Virus record (IMG/VR): IMGVR_UViG_3300037602_000037
Length of the DNA stretch: 64,000 nucleotides
Strand: one strand, 5' to 3'
Source of the DNA: a virus
Lineage: Duplodnaviria; Caudoviricetes
Shown in pieces: positions 20,856 through 30,540 of the stretch. A program made the translations under genes and the position numbers. The notes beneath the pieces are model-generated. The model saw nothing but the letters and a program-made list of their open reading frames with translations. It was not told the DNA's origin and made no database searches. Positions within the stretch are counted from its first letter, which is position 1, and every line of letters starts with the position of its first letter.

Positions 20856-21617
20856 TTATTTATCCTCGTAAGGCGTAGTTTCATCACTGAAGAAATCGAG
20901 GTAGTTCAATTCGTTAGTGACTAGATCAATATATGTGCCATTATATATTTCTCTATTATATGCATCTGTTTCCCCCTCTTTGACTTTAACTACCACGCTA
21001 TCAATAAGATTAATGGAACCTTGGTACCCTATGTAAGTTTCAAGAGTAAGTACAAATTGATATTGGTAAGCTACACCGGGAGAAGAAAAGTTGGCTTCCG
21101 GGATTTGAAGATTTGGATCTATATTAAGCGTCACGCCTACAGTAAAATCACCAAGTGAAAGTTGAAATGCTTTTTTAGGTGCTTCCATTAACAATACATG
21201 GGCTAAGTCAATAACATGTTCTTGTGAATCTGTATTAAATACAAACCCAATACCCAATTTAATTGGTCTTATTACTAAGTGAGTTGCAGACTTTTTAGTG
21301 AAATCTTTATTAACCGTTATGCCTTTTTCTCTACCAAAACCTTTATTAAAGCCACCTTTTTCACTGTCAAGACTAATGTCGGCTATAGCTCCTACAGCGT
21401 AGGGGTAGTCTAACTTACTTTCATTAGACCCGTCTTTTTCTCTGTTTTTACTAGCAAATTCGCGTAAATTTTGCATATTACCAGTAAGCGCCGCGGCAAG
21501 ATCCCTTCCGGACACTTCTTTAAATTCCTCCCTCAACCATTTAATAGTTTGAGCTATTGAAATGTTCAAGATAGGAGATTTGTTATATTTTCCATTGCTT
21601 TTTAGGTTAACACCCAC
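20856..21617 (-). CDS. Putative tail terminator/neck completion protein
   Basis: Between capsid and sheath genes; YPYA...ISLD and YQFVLTLET are typical of tail completion proteins. Confidence 0.45.
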   Translation of the reverse strand: MGVNLKSNGKYNKSPILNISIAQTIKWLREEFKEVSGRDLAAALTGNMQNLREFASKNREKDGSNESKLDYPYAVGAIADISLDSEKGGFNKGFGREKGITVNKDFTKKSATHLVIRPIKLGIGFVFNTDSQEHVIDLAHVLLMEAPKKAFQLSLGDFTVGVTLNIDPNLQIPEANFSSPGVAYQYQFVLTLETYIGYQGSINLIDSVVVKVKEGETDAYNREIYNGTYIDLVTNELNYLDFFSDETTPYEDK

Positions 21618-21630
21618 GGATTAAGCCTTT

Positions 21631-21993
21631 TCAAACCTTGGCTGAATTAGTAGGGCGACCTACCCTGGCTAATATGGAAGCCAATGAAGATCCTGACGAA
21701 GACTTTTCTACTTCATTGTCGTAGTCATCGGCTGAATAAAATTCCTCATCCCCACTACTATCTTCATCCGTATCGTCATCGGTAGTATTAGCATCATAGA
21801 ATAGACCATCTTCTTTTTCGACGTCTACTCCAGGAAATATATGTGCTTCAATATCTTCGGGATCCATTTCCTCTACTATTTCGCCTGCAAGCTCCATAAG
21901 ATTAGAGAAAATATCAGCGTGCCCATCCTTATTAGACTGACAAGCAGATACCAAGACACCCTTTAAACGTTCAATAGAGGAAGTAGTTGTCAT
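21631..21993 (-). CDS. Acidic head-associated hypothetical protein
   Basis: D/E-rich middle; C-terminal helix LASILARVGRP. Confidence 0.6.
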   Translation of the reverse strand: MTTTSSIERLKGVLVSACQSNKDGHADIFSNLMELAGEIVEEMDPEDIEAHIFPGVDVEKEDGLFYDANTTDDDTDEDSSGDEEFYSADDYDNEVEKSSSGSSLASILARVGRPTNSAKV

Positions 21994-22018
21994 TATTTTG
22001 ATCCCTTTAAATACAATT

Positions 22019-22050
22019 AATGGGTAGGCCAGTTGCCCAGCCTACCCATT
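22019..22050 (-). terminator. Terminator-like hairpin after major capsid gene
   Basis: AATGGGTAGGC/GCCTACCCATT 11-bp stem. Confidence 0.75.
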
Positions 22051-22064
22051 TAGTTGCTCAATTG

Positions 22065-23168
22065 TTAGGTACGCTGACCGCGCGCGACCGAACGAGCGTT
22101 CGCGACTACCATTGAGATCATTTCATGCATAGCCCAACCACGAGCAGGAACAAAGCGTTCAAACTCATCAACAGCGCGGGACTGCACAGGGTAACGCGAG
22201 GTATAGCCACCCAGGTACTCAGGAGCACCAAGAATGAAGAACTCACCATCATTCAGAACTTGAAGTTCAGGCTGGCGGAAACCATCGGTAATAATAGTAG
22301 TACCGAGTACGTTACCGATACGACCAGTCTTGATGATTTCCCACTTAGAGATTGGGTCCCACCAAGTAGAGAACGTAGTACCAGTCGAAGCGTCGGTGAG
22401 CAGGTCCATAGCAACTATGGCTGCATTTACCGGGATACGCCAATGTTCAACGTTACGCTTAATAGCGGCAAAGATTGCCGGAGTAAACGCACCAGAGAAG
22501 TTAGTAAGGTTGTTGCTAACACCGTCGGCAGCGCGAAGCATCTTAACTAGAATACGATCTTCTTCGACCATAATGGCTTCAAGACCTTCGAAGTACTTGT
22601 CGTCAAGAAGGTCAGACGACGACTGCATAAAGTCTTTTTCTTCAACGCGCGGCTGAGCTGTGACGTAAAATTCGTCAGCCGGGATAAAGTTTTCACGAAC
22701 GTACTGTGGGTAGACCTGAGCCAGACCCTTAGTAGCAATAGCGTGAACGTTACGCTGCTTTACACGAATACGAGCAACAGAACCGTCTTCAATAGGCGAG
22801 TCCTTAAGGATAGTACGCATGAAACCTTCACGTTCCATACGTTCATTGATTTCCATAGTAATAGCAGCACCAAGTTCGGCCCACGAATTACCAGCACGGT
22901 CGTAGTAGGCTTCTTTCAGAGCAGCACGACGTTCTGCAGCAGTCTCCAAAGACGACTGTGTTTCTTCGTGGCTATCCGGAACAAAGTTACCTTGCCTGAT
23001 CTGTTTAGCAATTTCCGTGATTGCAAGAGCAAGCTCAGTGTTGTTACTAGCGTTAATATTACCGTCGTTATCGAGAATTTTGGAATCAGATCCAAAAATT
23101 CGTGCTTCTGCGACAGGTGTAGCTGATTTTCCAAGACGCATTGTTTTCAGTCCTTTTTTTGAATTCAA
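22065..23168 (-). CDS. Major capsid protein (HK97 fold)
   Basis: REGFMRTIL, EAIMVEEDR, IITDGFR.P..VL..GE, RGW.M.E.ISM...NARSV motifs recalled from Lu11/PaBG-type capsids; follows scaffold and decoration genes. Start may be ATG 23141. Confidence 0.85.
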   Translation of the reverse strand: MNSKKGLKTMRLGKSATPVAEARIFGSDSKILDNDGNINASNNTELALAITEIAKQIRQGNFVPDSHEETQSSLETAAERRAALKEAYYDRAGNSWAELGAAITMEINERMEREGFMRTILKDSPIEDGSVARIRVKQRNVHAIATKGLAQVYPQYVRENFIPADEFYVTAQPRVEEKDFMQSSSDLLDDKYFEGLEAIMVEEDRILVKMLRAADGVSNNLTNFSGAFTPAIFAAIKRNVEHWRIPVNAAIVAMDLLTDASTGTTFSTWWDPISKWEIIKTGRIGNVLGTTIITDGFRQPELQVLNDGEFFILGAPEYLGGYTSRYPVQSRAVDEFERFVPARGWAMHEMISMVVANARSVARGQRT

Positions 23169-23188
23169 ATCTATTTACTGTTTATAGA

Positions 23189-23902
23189 TTAGGGGTGGAA
23201 ACGAAGGCCAAGAAGACCATTGTTTGCAGCAGAAGGTGCTTCGATAACCATAGCATCCGTTTCTGTACCAGAACCACCGATAGTGTATACACCATCACCG
23301 ATAGTAATCGCAGTACCAGCGTCGATGGAGTGCCAATCAACAGTAATGTCAAACATGCTGGTGTACAGGCGACCAGTAGTTAAAAGACCCTGGGTACCAA
23401 TGCTGGTGGAGTTATTGATTGAAGCAAAACCGTCGAAACGATACTTCATAATTGCTTCCTGGAGGGTAATGTCGTACTTGTAAGTAACTTCAATTACCAA
23501 GCCAGCCTGACCAGAATGCAGGGTAATAACACCATTACTGATAGAGTAGTTATTAGCGGTAGTTCCGGGGTTACCAGCGGTCTGAGCAGTACGAGTACCA
23601 TTAGCAGCTATGGAAACAACGCGGATGTCGCTACCTTTCATAGTCTTGCTAAGAGTAATGGTATACGGACTCGAAGCAGGAGCCACGAAAGTTTCTACAA
23701 TCGGAACAGTCGTAGGAGTAACCGGAACGCCAATAGCGCAACCAGCATATTTCTCATCGGCAGTGTCAGTAGAAGGCTTGACGTACGCCTTGCCACCTTC
23801 AAACACGAAGGACATAGGAGTTCCTTCTTCCACAGTAGCAACACTAGAGTGCAGTTCCGCAACTCGTGTTTCAATCAGTTCTGATTTATTCATGTCGATC
23901 AT
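23189..23902 (-). CDS. Capsid decoration/stabilising protein
   Basis: Between scaffold and capsid; EEG.P...VKPST...YAG, TSMFD..VDW, PSA.N..LGL. Confidence 0.65.
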   Translation of the reverse strand: MIDMNKSELIETRVAELHSSVATVEEGTPMSFVFEGGKAYVKPSTDTADEKYAGCAIGVPVTPTTVPIVETFVAPASSPYTITLSKTMKGSDIRVVSIAANGTRTAQTAGNPGTTANNYSISNGVITLHSGQAGLVIEVTYKYDITLQEAIMKYRFDGFASINNSTSIGTQGLLTTGRLYTSMFDITVDWHSIDAGTAITIGDGVYTIGGSGTETDAMVIEAPSAANNGLLGLRFHP

Positions 23903-23937
23903 TGAATTGTTCCTTTTACAATGAAGGTTGGTAGTTA

Positions 23938-25662
23938 TTAACGCCCGATTTTACGAACTAAGTCGCGGTAACGGTTTACCGGAACGCTTGGTTTGTCGTT
24001 AACGAAACCGTCATGTGCGACTTCCTTTTTAGCCTTCTTATCAGAAGGCAAGTAGGAAGAAGCAATTTCTTTAACGGGACCGCCGTTATTAGAACCAGCA
24101 ACGAATTCTGCATTCGTAACCATTTCTGAGATACCCTTACGATAATCCTCGGAAGTAGTAGCGAGTTCCTTAGCTTTCTCAAGTATAGCACCGAAGTAAC
24201 CACTAGACTTAGATGCTAGTGTCCTGCGAACCAAATTCTCTGCGTTAGCAACACCAGCTGTCTTTAACACAGAAGCCAGTTCGTTAACTAGATCATTTTT
24301 GGCAAGCGGGAACACACCTTTATTAACACCAAGAGCAGCAAGAGCTATAGTCTTATTCATAGCATTAATACTGTTTGCTACGTCTTTAGCCTTAGCTTCT
24401 TCAATAGCCGCTTTTTCCTTATTCAAGCGACGCTCAAAGATCTCTCCGAATTTAACATCGAATTCACATGGTTCAAAACCAAAGGCCGCAAGTTCACTAG
24501 AAGCCATATTATCTTTGTTTTTGTAGAGAGTCGGTCTAAACGCCTTAAACAAGCTATTACCAGAATTGAAAACAGCGGCGGCCGTTTCAGAAGCTTGCGA
24601 TCGTTTAATAGTACCGATATGGGTACTACCAACAAACACAGCAACTTCTCCGCGATCTGTAGTAAGATCGGCCATACGTAGGCTATGGTCGAAGTTAGCA
24701 AATTCAGCGGCGTAAACCTTTACATTTGCTTTTTCGACAGTACGCTGAGTTCCCTTAATCATGAGGAAACCATCGTCGTCATTCATTTCATCGATTTTGA
24801 TAGTCAGTACACTACCATCTTCATCATTCTTGAACACAACGGTATCGGTTTTAAGCACTTTAACTACAGAACCCTTCATAGGTTCACCACGACCATTATC
24901 TACAGTGGCCTTAGCTTTGTACTTATCTAACATAGCCTTGAGTTCAGTACCCTCAGAAGTAAATTCGTTATCGTCTTCACCGCTGGCTAAATCGACTACT
25001 TTACCATCGTCATCGTCTTTAGACATCTTCGAAGTAGAATCGTCTACCTCGTCAATATCGTTATCCGAATCGTCGTCATCGTCCGAGTCGTCATCTGAAT
25101 CATCGTCCGAATCGTCATCTGAATCGTCATCTGAATCGTCATTTGACATTTCTAAACTGTCGTCATCAGAATCATCATCCGAGTCGTCATCGGAATTCAT
25201 ATCCAGATCTTCCAGACCGTCGTCATCATCCGAGTCGTCATCGTCCAATGACATATCACTGTCATCGTCTGAGTCATCGTCCGACTCTTCATAAGAGTAA
25301 GCGGTTTCAACCCCAGTAATTGGGCAGTACATAGACTCGTTTACCATAACGAATGCGAGTTCGGAGTTAACACCTACTAGAGAACCATCAGCTTCAGAGC
25401 GCATAGTAACCAAGTCATTTAGACTATTAAAATCGTCGCCACTAATAACTGTTTCAGAAGCGTTCTCTAACGCTGACAAGGAAGCACCGCTTACGGGAGA
25501 ATGAATAGACTCAAGGTTAGAAACCAAAGACAGATCTCCATCAGTGAACAAACGAAGTGTAGTTTGTTCCGCGGCAACTTCCTTCTCCGAAAGGAATACG
25601 ATAACCATTGGGTCCGAGCAATCGGCCAGCTGGCTACCAAGTTTTGTAAATTTCTTTGGCAT
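23938..25662 (-). CDS. Prohead scaffold/core protein, highly acidic
   Basis: SDDD repeats, coiled-coil C-half, many E-x-A sites; heads the capsid operon. Confidence 0.6.
   Translation of the reverse strand: MPKKFTKLGSQLADCSDPMVIVFLSEKEVAAEQTTLRLFTDGDLSLVSNLESIHSPVSGASLSALENASETVISGDDFNSLNDLVTMRSEADGSLVGVNSELAFVMVNESMYCPITGVETAYSYEESDDDSDDDSDMSLDDDDSDDDDGLEDLDMNSDDDSDDDSDDDSLEMSNDDSDDDSDDDSDDDSDDDSDDDDDSDNDIDEVDDSTSKMSKDDDDGKVVDLASGEDDNEFTSEGTELKAMLDKYKAKATVDNGRGEPMKGSVVKVLKTDTVVFKNDEDGSVLTIKIDEMNDDDGFLMIKGTQRTVEKANVKVYAAEFANFDHSLRMADLTTDRGEVAVFVGSTHIGTIKRSQASETAAAVFNSGNSLFKAFRPTLYKNKDNMASSELAAFGFEPCEFDVKFGEIFERRLNKEKAAIEEAKAKDVANSINAMNKTIALAALGVNKGVFPLAKNDLVNELASVLKTAGVANAENLVRRTLASKSSGYFGAILEKAKELATTSEDYRKGISEMVTNAEFVAGSNNGGPVKEIASSYLPSDKKAKKEVAHDGFVNDKPSVPVNRYRDLVRKIGR
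25060..25290 (-). repeat. 12-bp coding microrepeat (Ser-Asp-Asp-Asp)n
   Basis: gaatcgtcatct/gagtcgtcatcc units; boundaries approximate. Confidence 0.85.
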
Positions 25663-25780
25663 TTTTTGCCTCCAAAGGGTGAAAGTTGCTATAACAAAAA
25701 CTTTGTTACAATATAGAATTAACGATACCTAGCTAAATAAAGGTAAATCCGTAGTGTTTCCTTATAGGTAGTATACGCAC

Positions 25781-25825
25781 AATAAAACCGGCTACCCATA
25801 TTCAAGAGAAATAGCCGGTTTTATT
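25781..25825 (-). terminator. Rho-independent terminator
   Basis: AATAAAACCGGCTA/TAGCCGGTTTTATT 14-bp inverted repeat. Confidence 0.8.
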
Positions 25826-25850
25826 GAATAATTATAGAAGTTTGGAGGAA

Positions 25851-26615
25851 TCAATTAGTAATTGGTAGAGTAATCTCAATCTTAAGTATATTTTTGCTAT
25901 CAGCAAAACTGTCATTTGCCGTAACAGCGCCTTCTAGATTCCTTGAATAAAAAGTATTTATCATTTTATCTACAGTTTTACTATCCATCGTCTTAGGCCA
26001 TTTAATAGTTCCCTTCAATTCGAAGGTACTTAAAGAACCAGAATAATTTTTATATTCCCTTACCTTATTGCTCATATTCAAAGTAAAAGAACTATCCAAT
26101 TCTTTTAGAATTTTTTCTAAGTCTTTTACAACTGACTTTGAGTAAGTCATGAACTCTTTTTTATTGCGACTGTTAATATTGTCAACAAATGTTTTATGTC
26201 TACTTTTTATGGACTTAGCATAAGTTGCAATTTTTGGTTTACCAGCAGCTTCTTCCACGCTAGCCATATTAGTAATACGTTTTACTTGATTGGTGGACGC
26301 GCGTTCAGAAGAAGCTATCGATTTAAGAAAATCATTTACTTCTTTGGCAGAATCTAAACTGGTTTGTTTTCCATCCATTTTAATAGAAATGTAGGCTTCA
26401 TCTTCTGGAACATCTTTACCAAATTGATTATAGGTAAGAGATTTAACTGGGTTCTTGCCATCATCAAATTTATTCATTACTTTTATTAAATCATCACGGT
26501 CACCCTCTAGTTCAAGTTTACTATTATCCTTGAAAACTAGGTAGCCCGTCATAATAGGATAAGAACTGGCTTTTTCTTCATTGTACTTTTTATTTATGGT
26601 ATTCAAGTAGGACAT
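25851..26615 (-). CDS. Putative internal head (cargo) protein, MSYL-leader family, two domains
   Basis: MSYLNTINKKYNEEKAS leader; first domain paralogous to that of 28257-28715. Confidence 0.6.
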   Translation of the reverse strand: MSYLNTINKKYNEEKASSYPIMTGYLVFKDNSKLELEGDRDDLIKVMNKFDDGKNPVKSLTYNQFGKDVPEDEAYISIKMDGKQTSLDSAKEVNDFLKSIASSERASTNQVKRITNMASVEEAAGKPKIATYAKSIKSRHKTFVDNINSRNKKEFMTYSKSVVKDLEKILKELDSSFTLNMSNKVREYKNYSGSLSTFELKGTIKWPKTMDSKTVDKMINTFYSRNLEGAVTANDSFADSKNILKIEITLPITN

Positions 26616-26625
26616 TGTTTCACCC

Positions 26626-27213
26626 TTAGAGTTGTATTAGTTTGCCATTAATGGGATTTATAGAATAATTAGCAGTTTCTGCTACATATTTACTTTTATC
26701 TTTGCACAGATTTATTAAATATTTTAAACATTTAGCAGAGTCATTAAACTTCCACATTCCCAAATAAATAGCTGCGTCAATAGCTACACGTTGTGCTTGA
26801 TTATAGGCCGGTAGTTTACGATGCGCATTAGCATAAGCAATAGAAAGCGCTTTTAGCTTTTTTAAAGCCTCTTCAATAGGTACGCCTGTGTACTCTGCAT
26901 TAGATTTGACATTTTCCATCATTTCCTTTTTAAACCCGTAAGGGCTAGTAAGGACTTTATAGCATTTATCCGCTTTATCATAGACGTATTCATGTCCTAG
27001 GTTATCAGGTGTGGGTACGCCCCTACTCCATTTTAACATATGGGTCATTCTGTGGGAAATATCACCAACATGCTCTACCATAAATGTGTAAACACCGGTA
27101 GCAGTCTTAGACATTTGTATATCTAGCATACGTTGTTCAGGATAACCTCTTTGTTGCTCTCCTAAATCAACAAATGCTTTTACCACTTCCTCGGGTATAG
27201 TACCATGTTCCAC
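26626..27213 (-). CDS. Hypothetical protein
   Basis: 195 aa helical ORF filling the cluster; GTG start. Confidence 0.6.
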   Translation of the reverse strand: MEHGTIPEEVVKAFVDLGEQQRGYPEQRMLDIQMSKTATGVYTFMVEHVGDISHRMTHMLKWSRGVPTPDNLGHEYVYDKADKCYKVLTSPYGFKKEMMENVKSNAEYTGVPIEEALKKLKALSIAYANAHRKLPAYNQAQRVAIDAAIYLGMWKFNDSAKCLKYLINLCKDKSKYVAETANYSINPINGKLIQL

Positions 27214-27214
27214 T

Positions 27215-27577
27215 TCAATCTACCTTTTTCGCGGAGTACAGGAATTTTGTGGAACCCTTCGTACCAGCCTTTCTCAAGGAAACACTGTAACCATCCATAC
27301 GTAAGGTTAATGGTGAACCATCTCTAAACTGTTCTATTTTACTTTTATCAGCAAAATCATCTAAAACTTCTACTAGTTCAGTTTCCATAGAATTATTGGA
27401 GGTAACTAGCATGCAAGAATATTCTTTATCATTGGTATTCTTGTTAAATACCTTCGCGCCTTTCTCTTTTAAAGAGTATTTGGTAAGTACCCTTTTGATT
27501 AAAGAGTCGAACTTAGCAAAACTGTTATTTTTAAACGCAGTTTCTATAGAAGCGTTTACATCATCTAAGTATCCCAC
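27215..27577 (-). CDS. Putative internal head protein, MGYL-leader family
   Basis: MGYLDDVNASIETA leader. Confidence 0.55.
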   Translation of the reverse strand: MGYLDDVNASIETAFKNNSFAKFDSLIKRVLTKYSLKEKGAKVFNKNTNDKEYSCMLVTSNNSMETELVEVLDDFADKSKIEQFRDGSPLTLRMDGYSVSLRKAGTKGSTKFLYSAKKVD

Positions 27578-27595
27578 GGCACTACACCTTTAGCG

Positions 27596-28066
27596 TTAAT
27601 ACTTGTTTCTAGTAGTTTGAATAATCAAGTCTTTTTGGCCCGATAAGACGTTTAAAAGTTCAGAATCAGTATCGCTATTTAAACATGACATAAGACTAGT
27701 TTCATTTATAATGCTCATTAAATTATACAACGTTGCGTAATCCTCATCTGGAACAGATGACCTGAACTTAGATTTAGGGTTTACAATAAACCTACTTATG
27801 CAAGTATTGCCATCTATTTTATTGCTCTTATTAACTAAGCTAAAGTTATCCAAAACTTTGTTTAAACTTATAAAGGCTTTTACAGTATCATTTATAAACT
27901 TTTCATCAATCTTACTAATTGCTTGATACCGATCTTTATTAGCTTTCTTAACCCTATTGTTAAGTTTACTAACAAAAGGTTTCATTCTTGTTTTTGAAAC
28001 ACTTTTAACAGTTTTATTACGTCTAACCGCAGCTACTTCTTGCTGCACTCGATCTAAGTAAGACAT
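27596..28066 (-). CDS. Putative internal head protein, MSYL-leader family
   Basis: MSYLDRVQQEVAA leader; GAGG SD. Confidence 0.6.
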   Translation of the reverse strand: MSYLDRVQQEVAAVRRNKTVKSVSKTRMKPFVSKLNNRVKKANKDRYQAISKIDEKFINDTVKAFISLNKVLDNFSLVNKSNKIDGNTCISRFIVNPKSKFRSSVPDEDYATLYNLMSIINETSLMSCLNSDTDSELLNVLSGQKDLIIQTTRNKY

Positions 28067-28069
28067 ATA

Positions 28070-28715
28070 TCATACCTCTACAACTAGTATAGTTTGCATC
28101 GAATAAGGCTGTGTTACGTTGATACCCATTTTTTGTAATTTAGACACAATATCCGTCAATTTAGTTTTGCTAACTCTGGTCATAATATTCATATTAATTA
28201 ATAATTTTGATGTGTCTTCATCGATATCATAGGATACTTTAACAGTTTTGATACCTTCACTTTTTAGTACTTTTTAGTACTTTTTTAACTGTATTTGTTG
28301 TAACTTTATCTAGCGCGTCTTCAGCAATTTTTTGTGCTTCCATAGCCTTTTTAAGTTTTTTAGCTGCATCTAAAAACTTTTTAGTGGTGACGGATTGATT
28401 AGTAGCTGATACTTCTAAAGAAGCTTTTTCTATATAATCATTCATTTGTTTTAGAAACATATTGACAGCTTTAGGGGTTTCTAAAGCTTCTCCTTCAACA
28501 GCAACATTTGCCTCGTCGTCGGTAACGCCATCATCAGTAGTTAATCGCACAACAGGATTTTTACCCGCCTTAAACAATTGCAAAGCTTTTTTCGTATCTT
28601 CTACTGTACCAGTTAAATGTAGTTCTTTCTTATTTTTAAATACAAGATAACCGTTCATAGATGGTAGTTCTTTATCGGAGGCGATTTCTTTACGAACAGT
28701 ATTTAAGTAAGACAT
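28070..28715 (-). pseudogene. MSYL-leader family gene frameshifted by a 10-bp tandem duplication (152 aa as is; 211 aa if restored)
   Basis: tttttagtac x2 at 28261-28280; removing one copy reads ...KVLKSEGIKTVKVSYDIDED...TILVVEV to TGA 28070-28072. Confidence 0.75.
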
Positions 28716-28721
28716 TTCACT

Positions 28722-30521
28722 TTATCCTTTTGCTTCTGCTTTAGCTGGCAACCAAGAAGGTTTACGCAACCCTTGATCAGAATACCATTTGTGTAATGGT
28801 TCCGGATTAATATAAGACTTAATAGTAGTACGCCATAAATCTTTACCATCACCAGACTTATGACCAAGCAACTTCGTCACAGGTACGATAACTTCATTGA
28901 TTATATACGTATCAGCTTCTTTTTGCTTTTTACTAAGATTGTTAGCCTTATTAGACGGCGACCACTTCTTACTATTCAGACCTTCAATAAGTAGGTTAGT
29001 GCCACGAACATGGCGCATTTTATGTGCACCACCAACGTAACCAGTAGATTTTAGATACTTATTAAGACCGGAATACGTGAGGACAGTTGTTTTACCTTTT
29101 TTATCCTTCAATGAGAATATAAGGTCGTCACCTTTCTTGCCCTCTTTAAACTCCTTCAAATTTTTCAGAATTTTCTTAGAAGGTATGTCCTTAACAGGAA
29201 TGATATGATTTTGTAAACCTCCCTTTTTACCTTTGTATTTCAAACGAATGGCATTAGACTTTATAATCACGTGAGCAGGTCTCAGTGATATAATGCCGAA
29301 TGTCTTTTCACCAGAAATAGCAGCCGCAGAGTTTTGTCTAGCGCCAACCCGCGCACCAGTAAGATATATAAGCATAGCAACCGTAGAAGCCATGCGTACA
29401 ACTGGAGAAGAGTTTGACAGATCCTTCGTCCAACGCCTTACTGTTTTATCAATTTTGGTATTAATCTTTTGAGCAGTACTAAATTTCTTTTCAGTACTTT
29501 CCGTAATGTGGTCAACAGTGTACATTCTAGTAACACCCGCAGCGTTGGGTGTTTTATATGCTATGTAAGCACCTTTACCAGTTTTAGGATCGTATTTACG
29601 ATTAAACTGTATAGTAGCATTAGGAGGTATACCACCACTTAATGCTTTACCATCTTCAGTGAAGTACTTTATTTTCCCTAGGTCTACACCTACCCTTAAA
29701 GGAGCTTTTTCAGGAACATCTACTAGCTTTTGATCCCTGTAACCCAAATCTGCCATATGTTTATACGCTGTTGCAACAGGTACAGGCTCATTATGCGTAG
29801 ACATGAATGAAGCGAAATCAAGATCGTAAGCTTTACTAATACGGCGCTTTGCTGCGCGGTAAGCTTTAACGTCTAATTCTGATGATTTGGATTTAGCTTT
29901 TAAGGCTTTAAGCTCTTCAACTGGTATACTCAAATTCTTACCAGGCTTTTTCCCAGTAAGCTTAGTGTATAGTTGCTCAAGAGAAGAATATAAATTCAAA
30001 ACACTTTCTTGGCTAGAAACTACTTTCTTCTCAACTTCGTCGTTACCAATTTTAGATACTACTTTATCAAAATTGCGCATAAAGGAAGGGGAAACTTGAG
30101 AAGCAAAAGTTCTAGCTTTTTCCAGGTACTGTTCTTTATGGGGGTTTTCCATAAAGTTAACAGCGAAACGCAAGTACTTCAACTCGTCCCTACTAACCAT
30201 AGGGTCATTAGATATTTCTTTTCGTATAATACGTTTAATATCCAACGATTTCAACTGCATTGTTTTAGGGTTGTCCGGTGTAGTAAACATCGGACCCTTC
30301 ATTCCCATTTCTCGAAGAACTCGCTTATTCAGTTTAGCTTCAAGTTGTTTTGAGAAAGACTTAGATATTTTCTTTCCAGAATCAGTTTTAGCAAGCCACT
30401 GCAAACCTACTGTAATAAGAAAAGAAGAGTACACAGTTATATGGGAAGGTGGCAAATTTGCCACCTCCTTATTCATCCCGTATTCTCCATATGTTTCTTT
30501 TACACGTTGTATAAAGTTCAT
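28722..30521 (-). CDS. Type IB DNA topoisomerase with long N-terminal extension
   Basis: Catalytic residues in order: TGARVG (R), YKGKKG (K), HKMRH (R), LLGH (H), IKSYINP (Y); also FGIISLRPAHV. Confidence 0.9.
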   Translation of the reverse strand: MNFIQRVKETYGEYGMNKEVANLPPSHITVYSSFLITVGLQWLAKTDSGKKISKSFSKQLEAKLNKRVLREMGMKGPMFTTPDNPKTMQLKSLDIKRIIRKEISNDPMVSRDELKYLRFAVNFMENPHKEQYLEKARTFASQVSPSFMRNFDKVVSKIGNDEVEKKVVSSQESVLNLYSSLEQLYTKLTGKKPGKNLSIPVEELKALKAKSKSSELDVKAYRAAKRRISKAYDLDFASFMSTHNEPVPVATAYKHMADLGYRDQKLVDVPEKAPLRVGVDLGKIKYFTEDGKALSGGIPPNATIQFNRKYDPKTGKGAYIAYKTPNAAGVTRMYTVDHITESTEKKFSTAQKINTKIDKTVRRWTKDLSNSSPVVRMASTVAMLIYLTGARVGARQNSAAAISGEKTFGIISLRPAHVIIKSNAIRLKYKGKKGGLQNHIIPVKDIPSKKILKNLKEFKEGKKGDDLIFSLKDKKGKTTVLTYSGLNKYLKSTGYVGGAHKMRHVRGTNLLIEGLNSKKWSPSNKANNLSKKQKEADTYIINEVIVPVTKLLGHKSGDGKDLWRTTIKSYINPEPLHKWYSDQGLRKPSWLPAKAEAKG

Positions 30522-30540
30522 ATCAGGTTATCCTACTATA

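Noticed and set aside
25060-25290. 12-bp repeats as iterons or a regulatory array
   Set aside because: In-frame, with synonymous variation; they encode SDDD in the scaffold
28722-30521. Tyrosine integrase or protelomerase
   Set aside because: FGIISLRPAHV, YKGKKG and KSYINP motifs fit TopIB; no att site or telomere palindrome seen
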